Below are positions 9,576 through 19,384 of a stretch of 64,000 bases of DNA, one piece after another (position 1 is the stretch's first letter; each line of letters opens with the position of its first letter). Origin of the DNA: Alphaproteobacteria bacterium (GTDB taxonomy: Bacteria > Pseudomonadota > Alphaproteobacteria > UBA828); the NCBI GenBank assembly GCA_965220745.1, contig CBDCQT010000005.1, positions 384,001 through 448,000 of the forward strand. Direction: 5' to 3'. The notes beneath the pieces are model-generated. The model made no database searches. It was given only the letters and a program-made list of their open reading frames with translations, and was not told the DNA's origin. Made by a program: the position numbers and the translations under genes.

Positions 9576-10564
9576 GCCAGGCCCGCCCGCAGGCAGTCGT
9601 GAATGTGTACGACGCCGACGGGGCGCTCGCCTTCGACCACGAAGAGGCTGGTGATCTGGCGCTGGTTCATCAGGTGCACGGCCTCCGCGCCGAGCGCGCC
9701 GGCATGAATCGTTACCGGATCGCGCGTCATGAGCTCGGACACCGGCTTCTGCAGGAGGCCGGCGTCCATGTGGCGTCTGAGGTCGCCGTCGGTCACGATG
9801 CCGACCAGCACGCCGCGCGCGTCGGTCGCGCCGACGCAGCCGAGGCGCTTCGCCGTCATCACGATCAGCGCCTCCGCCATAGTCGTGTCGGCAGGAACGA
9901 GGGGCAGAGCGTCGCCCGCGTGCATGATGTCGGCGACCCGGACCAGCCGCCGACCGAGTTTGCCGCCCGGATGATAGAGCTTGAAGTCCTCGGCCGTGAG
10001 GCCCTTGCGCTCCAGCAGGGCAACCGCAAGCGCATCGCCCAGCGCCAGCATCATGATGGTGGACGTCGTCGGCGCCAGTCCCAGTGTCCCGGCTTCCGGC
10101 TCGTCGGGCAGGACGAGCGCGACGGTGGCCGAGTCGGCCAGCGTGCTCGGCGCCCGGCCCACGATGGCGATGAGCGGGATGTGGAAGCGTGTGGCGTAAT
10201 TCACGAGATCGGCGAGTTCCGGCGTCTCGCCCGAGTTCGAGAGCATCAGCAGCGTATCCGCCTCGGTGATCATGCCGAGATCGCCGTGGCTCGCCTCCGC
10301 CGGGTGAACGAAGAGCGCCGGCGCCCCGGTCGAGGCGAAAGTTGCCGCGATCTTGTTGGCGATGTGGCCGCTTTTGCCCATGCCGGAGAGCACGATCCGC
10401 CCCCGCGTGGCTGCCAGCAGCTCCGTCGCCTCGACGAAGCGGCCGGTCAGCGCCTCGGCCAGCCGCGCGAGCGCGCGCGACTCCTGGGCTACCACCCGGC
10501 GTGCGGCGGCAAGGTCGTCATGCTCGATCACGTCGAGCGCGGCGGATGCGACGGTCGGACTCAC
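9572..10564 (-). CDS. kdsD: Arabinose-5-phosphate isomerase (KpsF/GutQ, SIS + CBS domains)
   Basis: GMGKSGHI, HPAEASHGDLG, SNSGET, LAPTTST, HPGGKLG, C-terminal CBS pair. Confidence 0.93.
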   Translation of the reverse strand: MSPTVASAALDVIEHDDLAAARRVVAQESRALARLAEALTGRFVEATELLAATRGRIVLSGMGKSGHIANKIAATFASTGAPALFVHPAEASHGDLGMITEADTLLMLSNSGETPELADLVNYATRFHIPLIAIVGRAPSTLADSATVALVLPDEPEAGTLGLAPTTSTIMMLALGDALAVALLERKGLTAEDFKLYHPGGKLGRRLVRVADIMHAGDALPLVPADTTMAEALIVMTAKRLGCVGATDARGVLVGIVTDGDLRRHMDAGLLQKPVSELMTRDPVTIHAGALGAEAVHLMNQRQITSLFVVEGERPVGVVHIHDCLRAGLA

Positions 10565-10747
10565 TGAATTCGAATTTTGTTCAAATCAAGGCAAGCATGA
10601 TGCGGGCACGGCTTCGCGTCAATGTATTGTGCCGGTCTTGTGCCCCGTCAACGGAAGGTAGCCCAACATATTGTATGCCGAAGTCGGCACAGCGGTTGAC
10701 CGGATGTGGCGCTCGGTGTGCACGGCGACTCGATCGGTCGGCATTCC

Positions 10748-10775
10748 TTGACCCGGTGGCGGGCGGGCCTATCCT
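10748..10775 (+). promoter_or_regulatory. Putative sigma70 promoter of bioB-bioA (TTGACC-N16-TATCCT)
   Basis: Hexamers at 10748 and 10770, 30 nt before the bioB ATG. Confidence 0.45.
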
Positions 10776-10805
10776 GCGCCGGTCGAGGGCCGGAGACGAG
10801 CGATC

Positions 10806-11801
10806 ATGGAAACTGTCGAGGCGATCGGCGCGGACGCGCCGCCGAGGGCTGCGCACGCGCTCAGGCATGACTGGTCCGTGGCGGAGGTCGAGGCGCTGCT
10901 GGCACTGCCCTTCGCCGAGCTGATGTTCCGCGCGCAGACCGCCCATCGCCGCCACTTCGACCCCAACCAGGTGCAGATGTCGACGCTCTTGAGCATCAAG
11001 ACCGGCGGCTGCCCCGAGGACTGCGCCTATTGCCCGCAGAGCGCGCGCTACGACACCGGGCTGGACGCGGGCAAGCTGATGTCTCGCGACGAAGTGCTGG
11101 CCGAGGCCCGCCGGGCCCGCGATGCCGGGGCCACCCGCTACTGCATGGGCGCCGCCTGGCGCAGCCCGAAGGACCGCGACCTGGATGCGGTGGCCGAGAT
11201 GGTCGCCGGCGTCAAGGCGCTCGGCATGGAGACCTGCGTCACCCTCGGCATGCTGAGCGCACCCCAGGCCGCACGCCTCGCCGACGCCGGTCTCGACTAC
11301 TACAACCACAACCTCGACACCTCCGAATCGTTCTACGGCGAGATCATCACCACGCGCACCTATCAGGACCGGCTCGACACCCTGGGCCACGTGCGCGATG
11401 CCGGCATCAACGTCTGCTGCGGCGGCATCGTCGGCATGGGCGAAGCGCGCCGCGATCGCGCGGACATGATCGCGACGCTTGCGAGCCTGCCGAGCCATCC
11501 GGAGAGCGTGCCCATCAACATGCTGGTGCAGGTCGAGGGCACGCCGCTCAACGGCATGGACGCGCTCGATCCCTTCGAGTTCGTGCGCACGGTGGCGGTG
11601 GCACGCATCACCATGCCGGGCTCGGTGGTGCGGCTCTCCGCCGGGCGCGAGCAAATGTCGGACGAGATGCAGGCCCTGGCGTTCCTCGCCGGCGCCAACT
11701 CGGTGTTCGTAGGGCCCGAGCTGCTCACGACGCCCAATCCCGGCCGCGAACGAGACACCCAGCTCTTCGCCCGCCTCGGCATCGCGCCGATGCCGGCTTA
11801 G
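10806..11801 (+). CDS. bioB: Biotin synthase (radical SAM)
   Basis: [50 protein letters not shown]. Confidence 0.97.
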   Translation: METVEAIGADAPPRAAHALRHDWSVAEVEALLALPFAELMFRAQTAHRRHFDPNQVQMSTLLSIKTGGCPEDCAYCPQSARYDTGLDAGKLMSRDEVLAEARRARDAGATRYCMGAAWRSPKDRDLDAVAEMVAGVKALGMETCVTLGMLSAPQAARLADAGLDYYNHNLDTSESFYGEIITTRTYQDRLDTLGHVRDAGINVCCGGIVGMGEARRDRADMIATLASLPSHPESVPINMLVQVEGTPLNGMDALDPFEFVRTVAVARITMPGSVVRLSAGREQMSDEMQALAFLAGANSVFVGPELLTTPNPGRERDTQLFARLGIAPMPA

Positions 11802-11849
11802 GGCGCGGGCGGGCTAGCGCTCGCCGCGGCACGCCGCACCCCCGATGAC

Positions 11850-13133
11850 ATGACCGTGCCGTCGCCTCCCGACTGGCTGGCCGAGGGCTACGGCCACGTC
11901 TGGCTGCCCTACACGCAGATGGCGAGCGCGCCGCCGCCGCTGCCGGTGGCCGAGACCAGGGGCACGCGCATCGTCCTCGCCGATGGCCGCGAGCTGATCG
12001 ACGGAATCGCGTCGTGGTGGACCGCCTGCCACGGCTACAACCACCCGCACATCCGCGCCGCCGTCGCCAAGCAGTTGGAGCGCATGCCCCACGTGATGTT
12101 CGGCGGCCTCGCCAACGAGCCCGCGCTCAGGCTGGCCCGCCGCCTCGCCGGCATGCTCCCCGATCCGCTCAGCCGGGTGTTCTTCTCGGAATCGGGCTCG
12201 GTGGCGGTGGAGATCGCGCTCAAGATGGCGCTGCAGTACTGGCTCAACCAGGGCGTGCGCGGCCGCCACCGCTTCGTGAGCTTCCAGGGCGCCTATCACG
12301 GCGACACCTTCGCCGCCATGTCGGTGTGCGATCCCGAGGAGGGCATGCACAGCCTGTTCGCCGGCGCGCTGCCGGAGCAGCACGTGGTGCCGTTGCCCGA
12401 GGGCGAGGCGGGTATCGCCGCCTTCGATGCCTACCTCGCCCGCCATGGGGAGGATGTGGCGGCGGTCATCGTCGAGCCGCTGGTCCAGGGCGCGGGCGGG
12501 ATGCGCTTCCACGCGCCGGAGGTGCTGCACACCCTGCGTGCGGCCTGCGACAGGCACGACCTGCTGCTCATCGCCGACGAGATCATGACCGGGTTCGGCC
12601 GCACCGGCACGCTCTTCGCCTGCGAGCAGGCGGACGTGGTGCCGGACATCGTCACGCTCTCCAAGGCGCTCACCGGCGGCACCATGGCGCTGGCTGCCAC
12701 GGTGGCGCGCGAGCGGGTGTTCGAGGCCTTCCTCTCGAACGACCCCGATGCCGCTCTCATGCACGGGCCGACCTTCATGGCCAATCCCCTGGCTTGCGCC
12801 GCCGCCAACGCCTCCCTCGACCTGTTCGAGCAGGAGCCCCGCCTTGCGCAGGCGCGCGCCATCGAAACCCACCTCACCGCCGCTCTGGAGCCTGCGCGGG
12901 GGCTGCCCGGCGTGCTCGATGTTCGGACGCGAGGCGCCATCGGCGTCATCCAGATCGACGACATGAGCCGCATCAACTGGCTCAAGGCGCGGTTCGTCGA
13001 GGCCGGCGTCTGGGTCCGGCCCTTCGGCGATATCGTCTACGTGACCCCCGCGCTCACCATCGACAAGGCCGACCTCTCCCGGCTCACGGACGCGCTGATC
13101 GACGTCGTCACGGCGTGGTCAAGGGAGCGTTAG
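11850..13133 (+). CDS. bioA: Adenosylmethionine-8-amino-7-oxononanoate aminotransferase
   Basis: WLPYTQM, DGIASWW, SGSVAVEIALKMA, IADEIMTGFGRTG, LSKALTGG, MHGPTFMANPLAC. Confidence 0.96.
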   Translation: MTVPSPPDWLAEGYGHVWLPYTQMASAPPPLPVAETRGTRIVLADGRELIDGIASWWTACHGYNHPHIRAAVAKQLERMPHVMFGGLANEPALRLARRLAGMLPDPLSRVFFSESGSVAVEIALKMALQYWLNQGVRGRHRFVSFQGAYHGDTFAAMSVCDPEEGMHSLFAGALPEQHVVPLPEGEAGIAAFDAYLARHGEDVAAVIVEPLVQGAGGMRFHAPEVLHTLRAACDRHDLLLIADEIMTGFGRTGTLFACEQADVVPDIVTLSKALTGGTMALAATVARERVFEAFLSNDPDAALMHGPTFMANPLACAAANASLDLFEQEPRLAQARAIETHLTAALEPARGLPGVLDVRTRGAIGVIQIDDMSRINWLKARFVEAGVWVRPFGDIVYVTPALTIDKADLSRLTDALIDVVTAWSRER

Positions 13134-13147
13134 CGCCCGCCCAAGCC

Positions 13148-14740
13148 TCAGTCGAACACGACCGAGGGCAGCCAGGTGGTGAGCTCGGGAAACAGGCCGA
13201 GCACGGCGAGCGCGGCAAGCTGGATGATGACGAAGGGAATGACCCCCCGGTAGATCTCACCGGTGCGCACCGTGCGCGGCGCGACGCCACGCAGGTAGAA
13301 GAGCGAGAAGCCGAAGGGCGGGGTCAGGAACGAGGTCTGCAGGTTCACCGCCATCATGATGCCGAGCCAGATCGGATTGATGTCCATCTGCAGCAGCACC
13401 GGCGCGATGATCGGGACCACCACGAAGGTGATCTCGATAAAGTCGAGGAAGAAGCCGAGCGCGAACATGATCAGCATGACCACGAGCATCGCGCCGATGA
13501 CTCCGCCCGGCACGTTCGAGAGCGCCTGGTGGACCATCTCGTCGCCGCCGAGGCCGCGGAACACCAGCGAGAACATGGCGGCACCGATCAGGATGACGAA
13601 GACCATGGCGCTGATCTGCATGGTCGAGCGCATGACCGGCACGAGCACGCCGGCGCGCCAGACCCGCCAGAGGCTCGTCCAGATCCCGTAGACGAGAAGC
13701 CCGCAGCAGATGAAGGCGACGACGGCCGGCGCGCCGATGCCGGCCCGTGTGATTACGAGGTCGAACTGCCCGGCGAGGATCATCATCAGGATCAAGGCGC
13801 CGCCCGCGAGGTAGAGCGGGGCGCTGCCGACGCTGCGCTCGAGCCTGGTGCCGCCTTCGGGCGCGAGCCGGGCGCCCGCGAGGATCAGCGAGCCCACGGC
13901 GCCCACCGCCGCAGCCTCGGTCGGGGTCGCGATGCCGCCGAGGATGGAACCCAGAACGGCGATGATGAGCACGATCGGCGGCACCAGCGCGCGGCCGGTG
14001 CGCCGCCACACCTCGCGCCAGTCGCCGCCCAGCTCGCCGCGCGGAATCGCCGGGGCCGCCGCCGGGCGCAGCCAGGCGACGACCATCAGATAGAGCATGT
14101 AGAGGCCGACCAGCACCATGCCCGGCAGCAGGGCGCCGGCGAAGAGGTCGCCCACCGAGACCGGCTCCGGCGACCAGTTGCCGATGGCGCGCTGGGCATC
14201 GACATAGGCGTTGGAGATCTGCTCGCCGAGGATCACGAGGACGATGGAGGGCGGGATGATCTGGCCCAAGGTGCCGGAGGCGCAGATCGTCCCGGTCGCG
14301 AGCTTGGGGTCGTAGCCGCGCCTCAGCATCGTCGGCAGCGAGAGCAGGCCCATGGTCACAACCGTGGCGCCCACGATCCCGGTGGAGGCGGCGAGCAGCG
14401 CGCCAACGGCAATCACCGAGAGCCCGATGCCGCCGCGCAGGCCGCCGAAGAGGCGCCCCATGGCCTCGAGCAGCTCTTCCGCCACCTTCGAGCGTTCCAG
14501 CATCACACCCATGAAGATGAAGAGCGGCACCGCGATCAGCACCTCGTTCCACATCGCGTTGCCGAAGATGCGCTGCGGCATGGCGCGCAAGAAGCTGATG
14601 TCGAAGACGCCGAAGGCGTAGGAGAAGAGCCCGAACAGCGCGGCCACGCCCGAGAGCGTGAAGGCGACCGGGAAGCCCGCCAGAAGGCAGGCGAAGGTCG
14701 TCACGAACATGACGATGACCAGGACTTCGCCGATGGGCAT
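13148..14740 (-). CDS. TRAP transporter large permease (DctM)
   Basis: GFPVAFTL, AVPLFIFMGVMLE, SGTLGQIIPPSI, GIATPTEAA, NLQTSFLTPPFG. Confidence 0.93.
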   Translation of the reverse strand: MPIGEVLVIVMFVTTFACLLAGFPVAFTLSGVAALFGLFSYAFGVFDISFLRAMPQRIFGNAMWNEVLIAVPLFIFMGVMLERSKVAEELLEAMGRLFGGLRGGIGLSVIAVGALLAASTGIVGATVVTMGLLSLPTMLRRGYDPKLATGTICASGTLGQIIPPSIVLVILGEQISNAYVDAQRAIGNWSPEPVSVGDLFAGALLPGMVLVGLYMLYLMVVAWLRPAAAPAIPRGELGGDWREVWRRTGRALVPPIVLIIAVLGSILGGIATPTEAAAVGAVGSLILAGARLAPEGGTRLERSVGSAPLYLAGGALILMMILAGQFDLVITRAGIGAPAVVAFICCGLLVYGIWTSLWRVWRAGVLVPVMRSTMQISAMVFVILIGAAMFSLVFRGLGGDEMVHQALSNVPGGVIGAMLVVMLIMFALGFFLDFIEITFVVVPIIAPVLLQMDINPIWLGIMMAVNLQTSFLTPPFGFSLFYLRGVAPRTVRTGEIYRGVIPFVIIQLAALAVLGLFPELTTWLPSVVFD

Positions 14741-14746
14741 GGCGTA

Positions 14747-15310
14747 TCAGGCGGTCCCGCCGCCGGCTTCTGCGATGTCGTCGTGGCTCGCCTGGCGGCC
14801 GGCAAGGGTCAGCAACGCGTGAAACGCGAGGGAGAGTCCCTGAAAGGCGATCAGCACCACGAACGCGAGGATCATCGACTTCAGCGCATAGATCGCCGGA
14901 ATGCCGCTGGTTTCCGCCGAGCTTTCGAACACCGACCAGGACTGCTCCACATAGGGCCAGCTCGCCCAGCCGATGATCACGCAAACCGGCATTAGAAACA
15001 GAATCACGCCCATGAGATCGATGAGCGCGCGCCGGCGCGGGCGCGCATCGCGGTAGAAGATATCGACCCGGACGTGACCGCCGTGGAGCAGCGTGTAGCC
15101 CGCACCAACCAGAAAGAGGGTGGCGTGGAGGTAGATCACTCCCTCCTGCATCGCGATGAAGCCCCACCCAAAGATGTAGCGCATCACCACGACGACGAAC
15201 TGAAGGAGCACCATGAGCAGCGCGAGCCACGACGCGACGCGGCCGACGTGCTCGTTGACCACGTCGATTGCGCGTGTGAGCGCGGCTATTACCGAGAGAG
15301 ACGCCTGCAT
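14747..15310 (-). CDS. TRAP transporter small permease (DctQ)
   Basis: Four TM segments, VVVMRYIF, GGHVRVDIFY. Confidence 0.92.
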   Translation of the reverse strand: MQASLSVIAALTRAIDVVNEHVGRVASWLALLMVLLQFVVVVMRYIFGWGFIAMQEGVIYLHATLFLVGAGYTLLHGGHVRVDIFYRDARPRRRALIDLMGVILFLMPVCVIIGWASWPYVEQSWSVFESSAETSGIPAIYALKSMILAFVVLIAFQGLSLAFHALLTLAGRQASHDDIAEAGGGTA

Positions 15311-15429
15311 CTCATGTCAGCCGGCCGGCGCTCCTTTCAGGCGGCCAGCGCTCAGGCGCGGCGGCGGCCCTCATGCCCGCCTCTCCGACGCCCCGCAGCG
15401 GCGCCGGGCTATTTTCGTTGCGACGGCGC

Positions 15430-15464
15430 CGTTCAGGGCGGGCTTGCACCGCCCGCCCCGAACG
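15430..15464. terminator. GC-rich stem-loop between dctP and dctQ (mRNA-stabilising or partial terminator)
   Basis: CGTTCAGGGCGGGC-ttgcacc-GCCCGCCCCGAACG, 14-bp near-perfect inverted repeat just after the dctP stop; no clear U-tract. Confidence 0.5.
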
Positions 15465-15481
15465 CACGCCTGGCCGGCGTA

Positions 15482-16588
15482 CTACGCGGTCAGGAGCCGG
15501 GCGTTCCCGTAAGCCAACTCCGAGCGCTCGTGGTAGGGCACCGCAGTCTTGCGGAATGCGCTGAAGCTTTCGTAGACGCGTTGCGTGATGCCGCCTTCGG
15601 CGCCGACCTCGGCGACCACGTCGGCCGAATTCTCTCCGAGCGCCTTCAACATCTCGTCCGACACGCGTCGCACCTGGACGCCGTGCTCGTTGATGAGCGT
15701 GTCCAGCGCCCCGGCGTTACGCGCGTTGAACTCGGCCAGCATGGCGGCGTTGTCGGCTGCGCAGCAGCTCTCGATCAGGCTCTGGTCCGCGGCGCTGAGG
15801 CTCTCCCACACGCCACGGTTGACGCCGCAGGTCAGGACCGTGCCGGGCTCGTGGAAACCGGGCCAGTAGTAGTACTTGGTCACCTTGTAAAAGCCGAAGG
15901 CGAGGTCGTTCCACGGCCCCACCCATTCGGTGGCGTCGATGGTGCCGGCCTCAAGCGCGGGATAGATCTCGCCGCCCGGCAGCAGCAGGGCGTTCGCGCC
16001 GATGCGGCGCAGCACCTCGCCGCCGAGGCCCGGCATGCGCATCTTCAGGCCCTTGTAGTCCTCGAGCGAGTTCATCTCCTTGTTGAACCAGCCGCCCCAC
16101 TGGACGCCGGTGTTGCCGGCGAGGAAGGGCTTCACGTTGAAGTCGGCGGATAGCTCGTCCCAGAGCTCCTGGCCGCCTGCATGGTAGATCCAGGCATTGA
16201 CCTCGTCCGCGGTGAGCCCGAAGGGCACGGTGGCGAAGAAGTTGAAGGCCTTGGACTTGCCCTGCCAGTAGTACTCGGCGGAGTGGTACATGTCCGCAGC
16301 GCCCTCCGAGACCGCGTCGAAGCAGCCCAGGGGCGGCACCAGCTCGCCGCCGCCATAGTGCTTGACCTCGATCCGCCCCTCGGTCGCATTCGTGATGCGG
16401 TCGGCAAGCCGCTGCGCGCCGGTGCCGAGGCCGGGGAACTGCTTCGGCCACGAGGTGGCCAGTTTGAGTTGCATCTTGCCCTGCGAGATCGCGGGCGCCG
16501 GGAACGACGATGCCGCCGCGGCCGCCACGGCGGCTCCTGCGATGGCCGTTCCCTTGAGAAGGCTGCGTCTTCCGATCTTCGTACTCAT
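15482..16588 (-). CDS. TRAP solute-binding protein (DctP, TakP-like 2-oxo-acid-binding group), Tat-exported
   Basis: RRSLLK twin-arginine signal, ATSWPK..PGLG, GNTGVQWGGWF, KMRMPGLGG, DATEWVGPWND, YYWPGFHEPG. Confidence 0.9.
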   Translation of the reverse strand: MSTKIGRRSLLKGTAIAGAAVAAAAASSFPAPAISQGKMQLKLATSWPKQFPGLGTGAQRLADRITNATEGRIEVKHYGGGELVPPLGCFDAVSEGAADMYHSAEYYWQGKSKAFNFFATVPFGLTADEVNAWIYHAGGQELWDELSADFNVKPFLAGNTGVQWGGWFNKEMNSLEDYKGLKMRMPGLGGEVLRRIGANALLLPGGEIYPALEAGTIDATEWVGPWNDLAFGFYKVTKYYYWPGFHEPGTVLTCGVNRGVWESLSAADQSLIESCCAADNAAMLAEFNARNAGALDTLINEHGVQVRRVSDEMLKALGENSADVVAEVGAEGGITQRVYESFSAFRKTAVPYHERSELAYGNARLLTA

Positions 16589-16617
16589 TTCCTTGGGTCT
16601 CCCTTCGATGGTTCCGG

Positions 16618-17415
16618 TCAATGGTCCGAGACGCCCTGACCGTCCGGTCGGGCGTCGAGGATGGTCCAGCCCTCCGGGCCGTGCACCTCGAGCGGGCGAA
16701 AGCGGGCCTTGTAGTCCATCTTATCGCAGCCGTCGATCCAGTAGCCGAGGTAGAGGTAGGGCAGCGCTTGCGCGCGCGCCTCTTCCACGAGCCTGAGAAT
16801 CATGTAGCTGCCCGGACTGTCCTTGACCCGCGTGGGTTCGTAGAAGGAATACACTGCAGAGAGCCCGTCGGCGACGACATCGAACACGCAGACGCCGTAG
16901 AGCCGTCCGCCGGGGCTGCGGAACTCGGCGAGGCGGGTCTCGACCGCGCTCTCCTCGACAAGTGCGCCGTAGCCCTCGCGCCCCATGGCAGCCATCGTGC
17001 CGTCCGGGTGCCGCGCCGCCAGATAGCGCCGGAAGAGCGCGTAATGATCGGGCCGCGCCAGCGCTGGCAGCACGTTGAGCGTGATTCCCGCATTGCGCGC
17101 GACGACCCGGCGGAGCGAGCGGCTCGGCACGAACGCATCGGCACGGACCCGTGCGGAAACACAGGCCCGGCAGCCGGGGCAGGCGGGGCGGTAGGCGGCC
17201 AGGTGGCTGCGGCGGAAGCCTCCGCGCAGCATCTCGTCGTAAGCGGTCTCGGCGCGGGAGCCCGCAAGCGGGGTGACGATCGAGCGCTCCAGGCGCCCCG
17301 GCAAGTAGGGGCAAGGGCGGAGCGGCGTCACACCCAGAAACTTGAGACCGTCGCCATGCGGCGCGCGCGTCCGCGCCGGGTGCTGGCTTACGAGCGGGCG
17401 ATTTTCGCTGGTCAT
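16618..17415 (-). CDS. bpt: Arginyl-tRNA-protein transferase family (bacterial Bpt/Ate, Asp/Glu leucyltransferase)
   Basis: PCPYLPGRLER, GFRRS..AYRPACPGCRAC, RYLAARH.DG.M, LSAVYSFY, YLYLGYWI..KMDYK; real start ATG 17415. Confidence 0.9.
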   Translation of the reverse strand: MTSENRPLVSQHPARTRAPHGDGLKFLGVTPLRPCPYLPGRLERSIVTPLAGSRAETAYDEMLRGGFRRSHLAAYRPACPGCRACVSARVRADAFVPSRSLRRVVARNAGITLNVLPALARPDHYALFRRYLAARHPDGTMAAMGREGYGALVEESAVETRLAEFRSPGGRLYGVCVFDVVADGLSAVYSFYEPTRVKDSPGSYMILRLVEEARAQALPYLYLGYWIDGCDKMDYKARFRPLEVHGPEGWTILDARPDGQGVSDH

Positions 17416-17422
17416 CGGCTTG

Positions 17423-17450
17423 ATTATAGGGCCGCGCCGCGGTTCGCCAA
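17423..17450 (-). promoter_or_regulatory. Sigma70-type promoter TTGGCG-N16-TATAAT, probably giving a leaderless bpt mRNA
   Basis: Perfect TATAAT 7 nt upstream of the ATG, no SD. Confidence 0.6.
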
Positions 17451-17807
17451 GGAGTCGGTTACGCTTTGCCTCTCGCACGCGATGTGTTCGGTCGACCTGG
17501 TACACAGTTGTTCGGTTCGTGATTGTCCCTGGGAATAGTGCCTCACATGTACCAGACACCGCTGCACAAGGAGCACGCACTAACCGCGATAGTCTATGCC
17601 ACGAAATTTCCTACAGCAATATTTTTTGCTAATTTTACAAAATTTACAAAGTCCACTCTTGTGCTGGGAAACTGGAAGTCCAGAGTTGCCTTCGACCGCA
17701 TGACCACTTCCCCACAGGCCAACAACAGCAACCGAAGCGGTCAACTCATCTGGTACACAAACCGGTCAGTTCAGATTGTTCTCGACAGACCCGGTAAGGA
17801 TTCCGGG

Positions 17808-19070
17808 CTAAATCGCCCGCCAGCCGATGTCCCGGCGGCAAAATCCCTCGGGCCAGTCGATGCGCCCGACGGCCTCGTAGGCGCAGCTCTGGGCCGCAGT
17901 GACGTCGGCGCCCAGCGCCGTCACGCCAAGCACGCGCCCGCCTGCGGCGACGACGCCGACATCGGTGCGCGCCGTCCCCGCGTGGAACACCGTGACGTCG
18001 TCGAGGTCTTCTGCTGCGTCGATCCCGCGGATCGCGCTGCCCTTCTCGTAGGCGCCCGGATAGCCTTGCGTGGCGAGCACCACGCAAAGCGCCGCCTCAT
18101 CGCGCCAGCGCAGGTCGAATTCCTTGAGCTCGCCATCGTGCGCCGCGATCAGCGCGGCCAGCAGGTCGGACTTGAGCCGGGGCATGAGCACCTGGCATTC
18201 CGGATCGCCGAAGCGGGCGTTGACCTCCAGCAGCTTTGGCCCGTCGGCGGTGAGCATCAGCCCGGCGTAGAAGACACCGGTATAGGGGCTGCTCTCCGCC
18301 GCAAGGCCGCGCACGAGCGGCTCGACGATGCCCGTCCGCGTCTCCTCACAGAGCGCCGGTGTCATCGCAGGCGCCGGCGAATAGGCGCCCATGCCGCCGG
18401 TGTTGGGTCCTGTATCGCCTTCGCCCACCGCCTTGTGGTCCTGCGCCGTCTCCAGCGGCAGCACGGTCTCGCCGTCGACCAGGGCGAAATAGCTTGCCTC
18501 CTCGCCCACCAGCATCTCCTCGATCACGAGTTCGGCGCCGGCCTCGCCGAAGGCACCGCCCAGCGCGGCTCGCGCCGCATCGAGGGCTTCGGCTTCGGTC
18601 TCCGCCAGCACGACACCCTTGCCGGCGGCGAGCCCGTCCGCCTTGACCACGAGCGGCGCGCCCAGCTCTGCGATGAAGGCCTCGGCGTCCGCGAGCGAGC
18701 CGATTCGCTTGTATGCGGCGGTCGGCACGCCGTGGCGAGCACAGAGGTCCTTCATGAAGCCCTTGGAACCCTCGATCCGGGCGGCGGCCGCGCGCGGGCC
18801 GAAGGCGGCAATGCCTTCGGCCTCCAGCCGGTCGACCAGGCCGGCGCAAAGCGGCGCCTCCGGCCCCACCACGACCAGATCGATCGCCTGCGCGCGGCAA
18901 AACGCCACCAGCCCGTCGAAATCCATGGGATCGAGCGCAACGCAGGTCGCCTCGTTCTCGATTCCCGCGTTTCCCGGCGCGCACCAGAGCCCTCCCAGCA
19001 GCGGCGACGCCGCGAGCTGCCAGCAGAGGGCATGCTCGCGGCCGCCCGAGCCCACGACCAAGACGTTCAT
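17808..19070 (-). CDS. purD: Phosphoribosylamine-glycine ligase
   Basis: [69 protein letters not shown]. Confidence 0.97.
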   Translation of the reverse strand: MNVLVVGSGGREHALCWQLAASPLLGGLWCAPGNAGIENEATCVALDPMDFDGLVAFCRAQAIDLVVVGPEAPLCAGLVDRLEAEGIAAFGPRAAAARIEGSKGFMKDLCARHGVPTAAYKRIGSLADAEAFIAELGAPLVVKADGLAAGKGVVLAETEAEALDAARAALGGAFGEAGAELVIEEMLVGEEASYFALVDGETVLPLETAQDHKAVGEGDTGPNTGGMGAYSPAPAMTPALCEETRTGIVEPLVRGLAAESSPYTGVFYAGLMLTADGPKLLEVNARFGDPECQVLMPRLKSDLLAALIAAHDGELKEFDLRWRDEAALCVVLATQGYPGAYEKGSAIRGIDAAEDLDDVTVFHAGTARTDVGVVAAGGRVLGVTALGADVTAAQSCAYEAVGRIDWPEGFCRRDIGWRAI

Positions 19071-19177
19071 TTGGGTCTCTCCGTGCCCGCAAATCGCGGC
19101 GTTACGATACACTCTCGGGCTCCCTACGGCCCGCGATTCTCTCGCGGAATTTCTTGGCTTTTCGCCGTTTTTGCCGC

Positions 19178-19206
19178 TTGACGGTGGATAGGCCCATCAC
19201 TAGGAT
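19178..19206 (+). promoter_or_regulatory. Sigma70 promoter of the str/S10/spc cluster (TTGACG-N17-TAGGAT) with phased T-tracts upstream
   Basis: Hexamers at 19178 and 19201; T-runs near 19150, 19159 and 19168. Confidence 0.65.
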
Positions 19207-19384
19207 GCGCCACCCTCTTGCCGACGAGGCTGGTCGGCGCGCCCCACGGCGCCCGCCGCCATGCCTTGTGATCGAGAGAGTTTCCGATGGGTCGGCGCAG
19301 GCCGGCGGCGGGGAAGCGGGCGGATCCCGATTTTCCCGGTCCACCTGCACGCGCCGCACTGTCTGTTGAACCTGGAACGCCGCG

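Noticed and set aside
12014-14995. 993-aa + strand ORF
   Set aside because: Off-frame over bioA and antisense to dctM/dctQ; Arg/Gly/His-rich with no motifs, a typical high-GC shadow ORF
17651-17692. CCACT..TGGGAA..AAGTC..TGCC resembling the 3' half of a cobalamin riboswitch
   Set aside because: The 5' core (GGGAA-GGTG..CCCGCAACTGT) is not found and there is no downstream + strand gene
17596-17703. 35-codon small ORF MPRNFLQQYF...
   Set aside because: Codon usage unlike the genome and no properly spaced SD; cannot be supported
17510-17781. GTTC pairs as possible alphaproteobacterial LexA boxes (also checked upstream of uvrC)
   Set aside because: Spacing is N5 or N6 rather than the required GTTC-N7-GTTC
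17523-19181. 552-aa + strand ORF crossing the AT-rich spacer
   Set aside because: Mostly antisense to purD, weak start and no recognisable domain
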